Source of the DNA: a virus
Lineage: Duplodnaviria; Caudoviricetes
IMG/VR virus record: IMGVR_UViG_3300020577_007013
Direction: 5' to 3' (one strand)
DNA length: 64,000 nucleotides
Shown: piece after piece, positions 28,471 through 37,627 of the stretch
Layout: each line of letters begins with the position of its first letter
Position numbering within the stretch: the stretch's first letter is position 1
Translations under genes and position numbers: made by a program
Notes under the pieces: model-generated
Databases searched by the model: none
The model's input: the letters and a program-made list of their open reading frames with translations, nothing else
What the model was told of the DNA's origin: nothing

Positions 28471-28799
28471 TTATGTTCTCCTTTTGTCAGATTTCCGTTC
28501 GTGTCCATTTTTCCTTGATCCGTGAGTCTATGAGCTTCTTCTATGTCATCAGCTCTTTCCTCATAAGCTTTGTTTCGCTTCTCATTTTCCTTTTCTCTCT
28601 CAAGTTGCCTTTCAGCACATTTGACTGCAAGATCTCTTAATTGGTCCATGATCTTCATCAGTCCCATTCTCTCTTCAGAAGTTGTGTGAAATCCGAGTCT
28701 GATGAGTTGGTCGATATGTTCGTTCCAACTTTTTAGATAGACTGTATCGAGAAGGACTTTTTGAGTCCTTCTCTCTAGTGAAGTTTCTTGTTCGCTCAT
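28467..28799 (-). CDS. Hypothetical protein
   Basis: ORF 28467-28874; likely start MSEQ after AAGGA. Confidence 0.6.
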   Translation of the reverse strand: MSEQETSLERRTQKVLLDTVYLKSWNEHIDQLIRLGFHTTSEERMGLMKIMDQLRDLAVKCAERQLEREKENEKRNKAYEERADDIEEAHRLTDQGKMDTNGNLTKGEHK

Positions 28800-28800
28800 T

Positions 28801-29115
28801 TTAGTTTTTCCTTGCATTGAGTATGAGCTCAATGGCTTGTTCATTTTCAGTAATCGTTTTCTTGGCTTTCTCAATATTGCTTTTCAGCTTCGCAATTGCC
28901 GAGCATTTTGGACAGATGATCCCGTTCGGTTTGTATCGAGCATAGTTGTTTGAGAGTCCCGGCTTTCCGCAAAGAGATTGATCAGTGTAGAGATGAATTT
29001 CGTCTCCTCGTCCAGAGAATCTGAAGTAGCTTTTGCCATTGACTTCCATGTAAGTTTCTTCAGTCTCTCCATGTGGCCAACGTTGTTCTTCTTTCGAAAG
29101 TGTCTTAGTTTTCAT
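28801..29115 (-). CDS. Hypothetical protein with Zn-binding motif
   Basis: H..SLCG...ICPKC; AAGGAG SD. Confidence 0.65.
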   Translation of the reverse strand: MKTKTLSKEEQRWPHGETEETYMEVNGKSYFRFSGRGDEIHLYTDQSLCGKPGLSNNYARYKPNGIICPKCSAIAKLKSNIEKAKKTITENEQAIELILNARKN

Positions 29116-29288
29116 AGTGAGTCTCCTTTTACAAGTCCCATTCTCTTGGCTTGTTCTACTGTAATTTCGAGTTCTTCGTCTCTGTCAAGTTGTCCTTCTT
29201 TGATTGCCCATTCGTTGTAGCCGGTTGCATCACAGAAGTCTGACCAACTGACTCCACATTGTTCGAGTTCATTGACTGATATTGTCAT
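29112..29288 (-). CDS. Small hypothetical protein
   Basis: Likely start MTISV after AAGGAG. Confidence 0.6.
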   Translation of the reverse strand: MTISVNELEQCGVSWSDFCDATGYNEWAIKEGQLDRDEELEITVEQAKRMGLVKGDSL

Positions 29289-29443
29289 TTGTTTTCTCCT
29301 TTGCAATTTTTATTTGTGACTGTACTGTAGTGAGCCCATTGTTCTTTGTTAGGCTCATATCCTTTTATGCATAGAGTAGAAAGGTCGAGTTCCTTTCCGC
29401 AGTGGATGCATTGGAAGATTCTGCTGTCCGTTTTCATAAAGTT

Positions 29444-29752
29444 TCAAAAATGTGGATTTTGGGAATAGAATCGTTCTCCTATGTGCCATCCCCATCCTTT
29501 TCTCATTCCGACTCCTTCTTCTACCCATCGACCATTTTTTCTTAAAGTGAGGGTTTGTGTTCGTCCATTAGGATTTGGAGTGAACTCACATTTGAGAGGT
29601 CCTTCTTTATGTTGTGAGTATTTCTCAAGTACTTTGTACTCATCTGCTTGGACGATGATCTTTTTCGGTGAAACAACTTCGATGATTGTGTATGGATAAC
29701 GGTCTCCATTGAATCCCGTTGTTGCTCCCATTCCGACTTTTACTTCTTTCAT
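29444..29752 (-). CDS. Conserved phage hypothetical protein
   Basis: VGMGAT...DRYPYTI...LRKNGRW...NPHF; AAGGAG SD. Confidence 0.75.
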   Translation of the reverse strand: MKEVKVGMGATTGFNGDRYPYTIIEVVSPKKIIVQADEYKVLEKYSQHKEGPLKCEFTPNPNGRTQTLTLRKNGRWVEEGVGMRKGWGWHIGERFYSQNPHF

Positions 29753-29765
29753 TGTGTGCTCCTTT

Positions 29766-30260
29766 TTAGTCTGCCGTTATTGGAACGATTGCTCCTGGAT
29801 TTACGTAAGGAGCTTGAAATTTCTCTTCGACTTTGACTGCTGTCATTCTTCGAAAAGCTCCGAGTCCTCTTTCTCCTGAGTCGTAAATCTCGAATCTGTG
29901 AGTTCCGTCTAGAGGAACTTGGTTGATAGAGCTGAACTCTCTTGAACTGAAGTGACATCCAAGCAAAGAGTACTGATTATACTCCAAGAATTCTCCGTCT
30001 TTCTTGATTCGTTCCAGCCTCTTCTTGATTTCGCTCTTCATAGATTCTGATTGACTGTGGTGATGGAAGAGAACGTCGGTCTTTAGCATGAACTTTAGGA
30101 TCTGTATCTCTGACCTCAGTCTTCCTTTCCTAATTTTCTCTTCTTGTTTTTGTCTCGCTTTATGTTCTCGATCAGCTTTTCTCCGAGCTCTCTGTTCTTG
30201 AAGTTGCTCTTTTGTAAGTTTCGGTGGCATTGGCATTTGTGTACTCATTTTATCCTCCAT
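29766..30260 (-). CDS. Hypothetical protein
   Basis: 164-aa ORF; probable start MSTQ after GGAGG. Confidence 0.65.
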   Translation of the reverse strand: MEDKMSTQMPMPPKLTKEQLQEQRARRKADREHKARQKQEEKIRKGRLRSEIQILKFMLKTDVLFHHHSQSESMKSEIKKRLERIKKDGEFLEYNQYSLLGCHFSSREFSSINQVPLDGTHRFEIYDSGERGLGAFRRMTAVKVEEKFQAPYVNPGAIVPITAD

Positions 30261-30478
30261 TCTGGTTCGAATGAAATTTGGTAATCGTCTATTGTGACTG
30301 TGTCTGAGTCTCTATCGACCATCCATTCAAAGAGAGTCTGCAGCCGGCTTTTGTTTTCTGAAAGTCGTTTTGACTTTTCTACGATCTGAGTTTCTCCTGA
30401 CTTTTGATGAGTGATCTTGACTTTTGTGACGAATTCCAACAGTCGAGATACTTCATTTTTTACAAGATGTGCTTTCAT
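30245..30478 (-). CDS. Hypothetical protein
   Basis: 77-aa ORF, AAGGAG SD. Confidence 0.65.
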   Translation of the reverse strand: MKAHLVKNEVSRLLEFVTKVKITHQKSGETQIVEKSKRLSENKSRLQTLFEWMVDRDSDTVTIDDYQISFEPEWRIK

Positions 30479-30693
30479 TTGAGTCTCCTTTCGATTTCAC
30501 GAAGCTCGGTTAAGAGTTTCTCATCGATCTTCTCGAATTTCATTAGAGCGAAGATGGCTTTCTTGAGAGAGCCTTTAGCTTTTCCAATGTGCTTTTGGAA
30601 GATTAGGGCTTTGGCTTTTGACTCTTCCACTTTATGCTTTCTTTTGGTACGGTTTATCTCTTTTTTCAGAGGTTCTATGGAAGTCTTTTTCAA
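30475..30693 (-). CDS. Basic helical hypothetical protein, first gene after repeat promoter
   Basis: AAAGGAG-N6-TTG start at 30693; the longer ORF-track start lies inside the promoter. Confidence 0.6.
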   Translation of the reverse strand: MKKTSIEPLKKEINRTKRKHKVEESKAKALIFQKHIGKAKGSLKKAIFALMKFEKIDEKLLTELREIERRLK

Positions 30694-30735
30694 GGTGTTC
30701 TCCTTTGTTTTATTGTTATTTGTTTTAACAAGTAT

Positions 30736-30775
30736 AATATATATAATTTTGACTAAACTGAACAAAAAACGTCAT
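30736..30775 (-). promoter_or_regulatory. Conserved phage promoter copy 1: ATGACGTTTTTTGTTCA-N17-TATATT
   Basis: Identical 17-mer and identical spacing at 30759, 51807 and 57343. Confidence 0.85.
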
Positions 30776-30780
30776 ACCAC

Positions 30781-30850
30781 CAGGGATCACCCGAGTCACT
30801 CAGCCGAATATTGACCCTGGAAGACCCCAGAAGATCAAGGTGACTGGAGG
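30781..30850. repeat. GC-rich dispersed repeat upstream of promoter copy 1
   Basis: TCACCCGAGTCACTCAGCCGAA and ATCAAGGTGACTGG are shared with 51835-51895 at identical offsets. Confidence 0.85.
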
Positions 30851-30921
30851 GATTTCAAATTAATTAAAAAGTCAGATGCACAAGTATAATGTAATGTTTT
30901 CTTTTTCAAAGTCCATCCCAA

Positions 30922-32154
30922 CTAAAAGTCGGTCAAAACTTTAGGCCTAAACACAAGGCCACTAGAGATTATCTGCCTTACGACAGAGTCATCTTTACAT
31001 TTTCTCAAGATATTCAATGCTCCGTTTATGTCAGCATTGATCGTCTTGTTCGAAGACTCATCTAAATAGAGTCCTCTTTTAATTCGTCTTCCACAAAATT
31101 GGTCTTTTTTCTCCATCGATTCCATCGACAGGCTTGAGCTTTTTGATGTATAAGACTCTTCTTGCAGTGTGACTTTAATTCCTCTTTCTTCTCCTTTATA
31201 AGTTAGGTAGGTATTCAATTTCGCATAAGGAATTTGAACGAAATTTTGATTCGTCTTTGCTCCTAAATTTACAAACTTTTTCCAACCTTGATTGTAACCG
31301 ATTATAATTTCGTCTATGCCATTTTTGACGCAGTAGTCTATGAGTGACTTTGAAAGCTTGTGGAAATAGTCTCTAAAAATGTTCTCTCTTTTATTCCAGA
31401 GTCTTCGTATTCGTTTTGATGACTTTTGATTTTTAGGAAGCTCTGATTTTGCTTTTCCAATTTTTTTATTGAAGTAACGGTTCAGGCTCTTGACCTTTCC
31501 ACCTTTGACAATATGAGCTTCATTGGTAGAAGAATTCACAGTACTGAGAAGATTTGAGATGCCGTAGTCAATAGAAAGTTTTTCAGTTCCGTCTACTTGT
31601 ATTTTTTCTTCAAGGTCTTTATAGACGACTTCTAGTGAGAAGAATTCTCCTTTGGGAACAATTCTAATTTCCACTACGTCTTTTCTTTTCATATCCATCG
31701 TAAATGGAATTTCTAGAAATTTCGAGTTGACTGAGCTTTTCAAAATTTTTGGTATTGTTAATAATACTTTTTCTCCCATAATTCTGAAATGAGCTCTAGG
31801 AAAAATTGTATTAAACAGACTCTCTTTTTCTTTGTATTTAGGAAGACTTACTTTTCCAGAGTAAGATCCTTTATTTTTAATTTTAAGAAGAGAGAAAAAA
31901 CTTTTCATATCTCTTTCGACATATTTTAAGACTTGTTGAGCTGAGTGAGATGGGAGACTTTTATAGTGTTCATTAGTTTTCAATAAATGATAGTTTTCCA
32001 CATAAGTCAAGTATTTTCCGGTATTTATGAAGTGCTGCCGGACGTTATAGAGTCCACAATTATAGAGAGCTCTTGAATTGTAGCAGAGAAATTCCAGTAC
32101 TTCAAATTCTTTTTTCGAGACTTTCTTAATTCGACAACTTAGTGTTTTGTACAC
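30922..32154 (-). mobile_element. tnpB: Solo TnpB (IS200/IS605-family RNA-guided endonuclease), no adjacent tnpA
   Basis: SRALYNCGLY, LPKYK, SIDYGISNL (RuvC-I), DYFHKLS, IGYNQGWK, QNFVQIPY, QEESYTSK, INADINGALNILRK (RuvC-III). Confidence 0.92.
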
Positions 32155-32191
32155 ATAAGTTAGTTATTTGAAGCCAAATAAAATTTATTTG

Positions 32192-32614
32192 TTAATCTAT
32201 TGACTTGAGGAACTCGATTACTTTAGAGAGGTGGCTTTCTACAGATTCTCTGTTATAACCTAGAAGATGAATTCCTAATCTGAAAGTGTAGTTTAGGTGT
32301 CCTTCTTCTGAATAGTGAATCTCCATATTGTAGGGATGCACTTTAGTAAGTTTAGCATTTTTTGCAAAGACTTCCATTGCGAATGCTTTGTATGCAAAAA
32401 TTATTTTAGCAGGATCAAGTGGAGAAGCAAAAGAGAGATAGGCGTGTGGATCTCCGTCATGTCCAATGCAACTCCAGACAGTTACGAAATTCTGAAGATG
32501 ATTTATTTCAGAGAGATATGGAATTATTTCAAGATCGACTTCATTTTTAAAGATGGCAGTAACGAGCTTCTCTATTTGCTCTGATTTGTACCTGATGAAG
32601 TCTTCAATTTTCAT
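32192..32614 (-). CDS. Hypothetical protein with T-x-x-SC-x-GH motif
   Basis: VDLEI..YL..IN...FVTVWSCIGH..AYLSF. Confidence 0.7.
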   Translation of the reverse strand: MKIEDFIRYKSEQIEKLVTAIFKNEVDLEIIPYLSEINHLQNFVTVWSCIGHDGDPHAYLSFASPLDPAKIIFAYKAFAMEVFAKNAKLTKVHPYNMEIHYSEEGHLNYTFRLGIHLLGYNRESVESHLSKVIEFLKSID

Positions 32615-32746
32615 TTAAGTCTTCAATGAGTTGATCGAGAGCTTTCTTATAATTTCTTATCGTGAGAATAGCAATCGTGAGAAAGATACTACAGAAAGCT
32701 ATTCCTATACAAAGACCAGAGACAAGTCCAAGTTTAAAGTCAAGAC

Positions 32747-32917
32747 TCACTTGGATTTCCTCTCACATTTGAATGTCAATGAGCCTCTAAATGGCTTGAT
32801 ATCTTTCGATCCTTTAGTGGTGCATTGTTCAAAGGATCTGAAAGTAGAGTCATCATGGTAGACTTGATTCTTGCCATGAAAAACTTTCAGTGTGAATATG
32901 AGAATCCATTCTGCCAT
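32747..32917 (-). CDS. Small hypothetical protein
   Basis: Start MAEWIL after AAGGAG, just downstream of the tRNA; the ORF-track extension overlaps the tRNA. Confidence 0.55.
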   Translation of the reverse strand: MAEWILIFTLKVFHGKNQVYHDDSTFRSFEQCTTKGSKDIKPFRGSLTFKCERKSK

Positions 32918-32939
32918 TTGAGTCTCCTTTTTATTATTT

Positions 32940-33016
32940 TGGTGTCTCCGGCAGGATTCCAACCTGCGACCTGTCGATTAGAAATCGAATGTTCTATGCA
33001 GCTGAACTACGGAGAC
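32940..33016 (-). tRNA. tRNA-Arg(UCU) with encoded CCA
   Basis: GTCTCCG-TA-GTTC AGCTGCATA GAAC-A-TTCGA TT TCT AA TCGAC-AGGTC-GCAGG TTGGAAT CCTGC-CGGAGAC-A-CCA cloverleaf. Confidence 0.93.
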
Positions 33017-33024
33017 TTTTTCTT

Positions 33025-34308
33025 TTACTCTTTCGGCGGATAACCAAGTGCTTCCACTAAGTCATTTACTTCTTTGAGTTGCTTGTCGATGTCTCTCTTA
33101 CTTGCTTCGAGAGATTCTTTTCTGTCGAGCAATTGAGTCAATTTTTCTGAAGCTTGCTTTACCTCAGCATTGTCTCTGTTCTGCTTGACCTTCTTTGCAG
33201 CTTCTTCGATGTTCTTAGCATCTAGTTGCTTGATTTCTTCTACTGTGTTCAACATGATTTTCTCCTCTTCTTTTATTTGTAAAACATTTGGTTGTGGACT
33301 TCCTGTAGCAATTTCTCCATGAAGTGGAAGTGTCTCAGAAATAGCTTCAACGTCTCCCCAAAAAGCTCCACTGTCTGAAGGATACTGATACCAGACTCCT
33401 TTCACTCTGTAGAACCAACTGTCGGGAAAACTGAAGAAGTTCTGAATCCTATATTTAATATCATTGTATACGTGAGATTCTCCTCCACCTGAAAATTTGA
33501 CTCGATGTCTCGATGGATCGATCACCTTCATCCAAGACGGATGTTCGGAGTTAAGTTTGACAAAGTCTCCGACTTCACAACGAAGTATACTGAAGTCCTT
33601 ACATTCGACGAGAGGGTATGGTTTCTTTTCTTGCATTTTAATGACTCCTACTATAAAGTCTCTGTGAATTGTGTATCCTTCTTTGATCGAGACAATTCCA
33701 TTACAGAGAAGATTTTTTACTTCTGCAGAATCGTTACCGTAATGTCTTTTTAAACCATTGTCGACTCGATTACTTCCTTGAAGAGTCTCTTTATAGTATC
33801 CTGTATAGTCGCATTTACTGTCAATGTATTCTGCTGTTGCAATCTTCAGTCGATTTCCAGGTTGTAGAGCATTGAATTCATCGTCAGAGATTGGAGTTAC
33901 TTCTACAGGTGGTATTGGTCTGTAGTCTCCAATGTGACATAGTGAGACTTGATTACTAAAGACAATACTTCCTTTTCGATCTTTGACAGTTATTGACGGA
34001 CGTTCACTCACAACTGTTTCTATTATAAACCATTCTCCTATGTAAGGAGTTAAGATACCTATAAGTGAGCTCCTCTTTTCATCGACAAGCTTTATCCAAT
34101 GACCTACATGCTTCTGTTCGAACAGAAGCGGTTTTGGCCAAGAGACAATGTCTTTTATTGATCTCCAATTGTGACGAGTAGCATGTCCATTCTCATGATT
34201 CCAAACGTATTCAGCATCTAAATGAGTGATCTCAATTGGAAAGTCTCTTGTATCAAGTTGAACTTTGCAACCGACTTTGAGGAGTTTTTCTATGTCTTCT
34301 ATCTTCAT
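33025..34308 (-). CDS. Hypothetical protein with C-terminal coiled coil
   Basis: 427-aa ORF; internal GAGGAG-N6-ATG at 33255. Confidence 0.75.
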   Translation of the reverse strand: MKIEDIEKLLKVGCKVQLDTRDFPIEITHLDAEYVWNHENGHATRHNWRSIKDIVSWPKPLLFEQKHVGHWIKLVDEKRSSLIGILTPYIGEWFIIETVVSERPSITVKDRKGSIVFSNQVSLCHIGDYRPIPPVEVTPISDDEFNALQPGNRLKIATAEYIDSKCDYTGYYKETLQGSNRVDNGLKRHYGNDSAEVKNLLCNGIVSIKEGYTIHRDFIVGVIKMQEKKPYPLVECKDFSILRCEVGDFVKLNSEHPSWMKVIDPSRHRVKFSGGGESHVYNDIKYRIQNFFSFPDSWFYRVKGVWYQYPSDSGAFWGDVEAISETLPLHGEIATGSPQPNVLQIKEEEKIMLNTVEEIKQLDAKNIEEAAKKVKQNRDNAEVKQASEKLTQLLDRKESLEASKRDIDKQLKEVNDLVEALGYPPKE

Positions 34309-34688
34309 CCTAAAAGCCTCGCTAAGGAATTCTTGATTGTGTATTTCTTTTTAGGACTTTGCATATTGTCAAATGTATTGAAGTAGTCTCGACGCATTTC
34401 TTCTTCGGTTTTCTTTTTCTTCGTTTCTTTGGTTTTTTCTTTTCGTTTGGACTCTATTTCATGAAGCTCAAATTTTTCTTCAATGACCGACTCTTCGTCG
34501 AGAGTAATTTCTCTGAATTTTTGAAGAGTACACTGTTTGAGAGTCGAAATGATAGAGCCGAATTTTGCATCGATGCATCGACCTTGGAAAATGAAGACAG
34601 TATCTGCTATCATCTTCTTTTTGGAAGATATCACATAGTAGACACCTTTTCGAAGTGTCTTAAAATCTTCTGTCGATAGGTCTTTCAT
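34305..34688 (-). CDS. Hypothetical protein
   Basis: 127-aa ORF immediately after the structured element. Confidence 0.65.
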   Translation of the reverse strand: MKDLSTEDFKTLRKGVYYVISSKKKMIADTVFIFQGRCIDAKFGSIISTLKQCTLQKFREITLDEESVIEEKFELHEIESKRKEKTKETKKKKTEEEMRRDYFNTFDNMQSPKKKYTIKNSLARLLG

Positions 34689-34689
34689 T

Positions 34690-34858
34690 TTCTGCTTCTT
34701 AAGGAGCCTGTGAGATATAAGACTGATAGGGAGTTGGGGCCCATAGTCTTGCAGATGATATGTCAGTCAATGTTGGAATAGGGGCGAGGTGAGCCCAAAT
34801 GATTGACTGCTTTCCTAGTTTCACCTTAATTCTCTCACAGACTCCTGAAGGAACAGAA
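34690..34858 (-). ncRNA. Putative structured RNA (long closing stem, two internal hairpins, possible pseudoknot)
   Basis: AGGAGTCTGTGAGA/TCTCACAGGCTCCT stem with a G-U pair on the minus strand; CAGTCAAT/ATTGACTG and AAGACT/AGTCTT stems; AGGTGA/TCACCT loop complementarity. Confidence 0.6.
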
Positions 34859-34863
34859 GTCCT

Positions 34864-35307
34864 TCAATTTTTTGACAACAGACTGAAGTGTCCTCTTTTC
34901 TTCGGTTGTACTTTCAGAACAGGAGATGGTGTGTATGAAGACTGTTGAACAGCTTCAACTGGTTCTGGACGACGACGTCTCTTAGAAGACCGATGATGAA
35001 TTTCAATTCCGAACTTCTTAGCGGTGTTGTAGAATAGAGAGAGTTCTGAAGTAGACTTAAAAAAGTCGATCACCTTATGTTTTGGATTCTCCATGAACTT
35101 TTCAAACTTACGTGCAGTTTGACGAATTGTCTCTGCAGTATGTTTGCGGTTCGTTCTCGGATATTTGAATCCGTTGCTCTGGATAAGGTAGAAAAGATTG
35201 TTTCGAGTGACTTTGTTTTTCTTACAAAACTCATCAATCGTTTGCTTTCCTACTTTCCTGCTCTTAACGAATTTTTTGTAAAGCGATTTTGCATTTTGTT
35301 TTTTCAT
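34864..35307 (-). CDS. Basic putative DNA-binding protein
   Basis: Two similar HTH-like repeats (IDEFCKKNKVTRNNLFY / IDFFKSTSELSLFY); TATTATA-N7-ATG. Confidence 0.6.
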   Translation of the reverse strand: MKKQNAKSLYKKFVKSRKVGKQTIDEFCKKNKVTRNNLFYLIQSNGFKYPRTNRKHTAETIRQTARKFEKFMENPKHKVIDFFKSTSELSLFYNTAKKFGIEIHHRSSKRRRRPEPVEAVQQSSYTPSPVLKVQPKKRGHFSLLSKN

Positions 35308-35372
35308 GAATATTTATAATAAGCTTCGAGAGACTCGACTTACGAAATTTTTCCTGAAGGGACTAACTCCCT

Positions 35373-36137
35373 ATGAAAAGGATTCTCCTGTTCTTCTCTA
35401 TTGTGCTTTCTATTAAAGCTTCTCCGAAAATTGTAGCAATTGCATTAGACGGTGTAAATGAAGAAGAAGGAATAAGAGAAAAGCTAATGAAATTCGGTAA
35501 GTATTACAAATACTGGTTCGGTAAATTGAAACAATGTAGAGTAGAAAGAACCGGAAATATGAGTCTTCCGGCTTATGCAAATTTTTTATCAGGTACCTCC
35601 AATCACAATGTTAAGTCCAATGATGTAGATGAGAAGATTAATAGGAAGACTTTACTCGATCTCTTTCCTAACAGTCAATTGTTCTCTGCATGGAGTCCTA
35701 TTCTCTATGTGGTGGGAGAATCAGAAGATAATGCTCATATGACTTCAGCAGAGTTTTACCCAAGAAAAGGAGATGATAGAGACATCTTAGAGAATTTCAA
35801 GAAAAAATACAATAGACAACAATTTGCTTTTATACATTTTTCTGACGGAGATAATTTCGCTCACTCTATGATGTATGAGAAATACAGAAAAGCTGTCAAT
35901 AAAGAAGTGAGATATGTGAAAGAGATCATCGACTTTGTTGAAGATGATACAACCGTAATAGCTTTCACAGACCATGGAAGAGGTCTTGGACATGATTGGA
36001 CTTCACATGGAGATTGGTTAGACGAGTCCGGAGATATCTGGATGGTGGTCTATTCTAAGAATAAACTCGATCTATCAAAATTCAAATGTGGACATGTAGA
36101 ATTGCATCATCTGATCAAGTCGATTTTAAACCGTTAA
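35373..36137 (+). CDS. Secreted alkaline-phosphatase-superfamily enzyme
   Basis: Signal peptide; IALDG, SLPAYANFLSG nucleophile, DNFAH, TDHGRG, SHG metal ligands. Confidence 0.8.
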   Translation: MKRILLFFSIVLSIKASPKIVAIALDGVNEEEGIREKLMKFGKYYKYWFGKLKQCRVERTGNMSLPAYANFLSGTSNHNVKSNDVDEKINRKTLLDLFPNSQLFSAWSPILYVVGESEDNAHMTSAEFYPRKGDDRDILENFKKKYNRQQFAFIHFSDGDNFAHSMMYEKYRKAVNKEVRYVKEIIDFVEDDTTVIAFTDHGRGLGHDWTSHGDWLDESGDIWMVVYSKNKLDLSKFKCGHVELHHLIKSILNR

Positions 36138-36547
36138 TCAAAAAAGTCATCTTCGTAGCAGTGCTTTTTTACAAGTCTCTTAAGTTTGAAGAAACTGAAA
36201 AAGTTTAGATGCCCTTTGAGTGGACCAGCATTGAGGAATTTGAGAAGTAGATTGCAATATTTGAGATGTCGATTTCCTTTTTTAATGAAGTAGCTTACTT
36301 GCTTATTCTTTTCTTCAAGGTCCTTAACTATCGCTTCTAATTCTTTGTCGGTGAGTTTTCCATGATTCTCAGTCATGGTTAAGAGAGTCTCTATTGCGTC
36401 TTTCACCTTGAGTGTGATTGTGTGACCGACCCATTCTGCCTTGACTTTATGCCTTTCGATGTGTTTAATGAGAGCGCACTTATAATATGTCTCTATGTAC
36501 AGGAACACTCCTAAAACTATGAGAATTGTGCCAATAATCAAGCTCAT
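36134..36547 (-). CDS. Membrane-anchored hypothetical protein
   Basis: N-terminal TM helix. Confidence 0.65.
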   Translation of the reverse strand: MSLIIGTILIVLGVFLYIETYYKCALIKHIERHKVKAEWVGHTITLKVKDAIETLLTMTENHGKLTDKELEAIVKDLEEKNKQVSYFIKKGNRHLKYCNLLLKFLNAGPLKGHLNFFSFFKLKRLVKKHCYEDDFFD

Positions 36548-36921
36548 TTTCTTTTCGAAAGCTCAGTAGAGATTTGATCTCGAGAAAAAACTAAGAATTT
36601 TCCTGACTCTAAGAACTTGTCGTAATTGTCAAGCCAGGATTGAAGAGTCTTTTTTCTAGTACAACGTAGTGTCGCACTTATTCCCATCAAAGATCTTCTT
36701 TCTTTTTGAATAATTTTACGCATTGGATGGTACCATCATTTCATGAAGTCTTGCAGCAGCACATGAAAAGTCTCTTATCTTCATTGTCTCTTCTGATGTA
36801 GGACAAATTTTAGATTTAAAAGAGCATCTTTCAGTGAAAGGACAGATTGTATTTTTTGGAATTTTACCTTCAGACAAGAGATTCATGTTTAGATATATAA
36901 GAAACGTGAGTATTCCAATTG

Positions 36922-37227
36922 CTATTTCTTCTTATTATTGAGAAGCTTCCACAGACCTTCAAGAATATCGATATTTTGAATTCCTTCGAAGTATTCGCTA
37001 TCTTCTTTCAGCCAAGTATTTACAGACTCGAGTTTCTTCTGATCTGATTTTTCATTCTTAGTGTTGGAGTAAATTATCTTAAGCTCTTCTCCTAATACCA
37101 AAAGACGGGGAAGCTTTACCCTAACAACAGTTCCGTCAATAGTTGAGAGAACGAAATGAGGTTGTAGATCAGACTTCTGAACTGAAATTAAAAGTTTTCC
37201 GATTCTGCCAATTTCGATAATTTCCAT
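36922..37227 (-). CDS. Hypothetical protein
   Basis: 101-aa ORF in operon. Confidence 0.6.
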   Translation of the reverse strand: MEIIEIGRIGKLLISVQKSDLQPHFVLSTIDGTVVRVKLPRLLVLGEELKIIYSNTKNEKSDQKKLESVNTWLKEDSEYFEGIQNIDILEGLWKLLNNKKK

Positions 37228-37228
37228 A

Positions 37229-37627
37229 TTAGTTCAGTATGTCCAAAAGTTTCTCTCTATATCTGTTGTCTCTTTTCATGTAGAATGGACTTATCTCTAT
37301 GGCTCTGAATCCTTCAGGAAGTTCAAAGTCATACTCTACTAAGTCAAGATCTTTCTTTTTCTTGAGAATCAGTTGTATGAATTCCTCTTCCTCAATGCCT
37401 TCGTAGTTATTTGTGGAAGTGACAAGAAAAGTTGACTTATCTTCTGTAGTGAAAATGGTATTGTTTTGGTAGAAATCTCCAAATCCTATGTTCTGTCTAA
37501 ATCTCGTTGCATAGAAAAAGAGTTTAGGATTATCTCTGAATTTGAACTTAAGACATGAGCAGTCAGCAATTGATCCTTGATATCTTCTTACATCTATACA
37601 TTGAACAAATCCAGAAAGGTCACGCAT
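37229..37627 (-). CDS. Hypothetical protein with shared C-terminal helix (YREKLLDIL)
   Basis: 132-aa ORF. Confidence 0.65.
   Translation of the reverse strand: MRDLSGFVQCIDVRRYQGSIADCSCLKFKFRDNPKLFFYATRFRQNIGFGDFYQNNTIFTTEDKSTFLVTSTNNYEGIEEEEFIQLILKKKKDLDLVEYDFELPEGFRAIEISPFYMKRDNRYREKLLDILN

Noticed and set aside
34690-34858. Hammerhead ribozyme or 6S RNA
   Set aside because: No CUGANGA core correctly placed with GAAA; branched fold lacks the rod-with-central-bubble pattern of 6S
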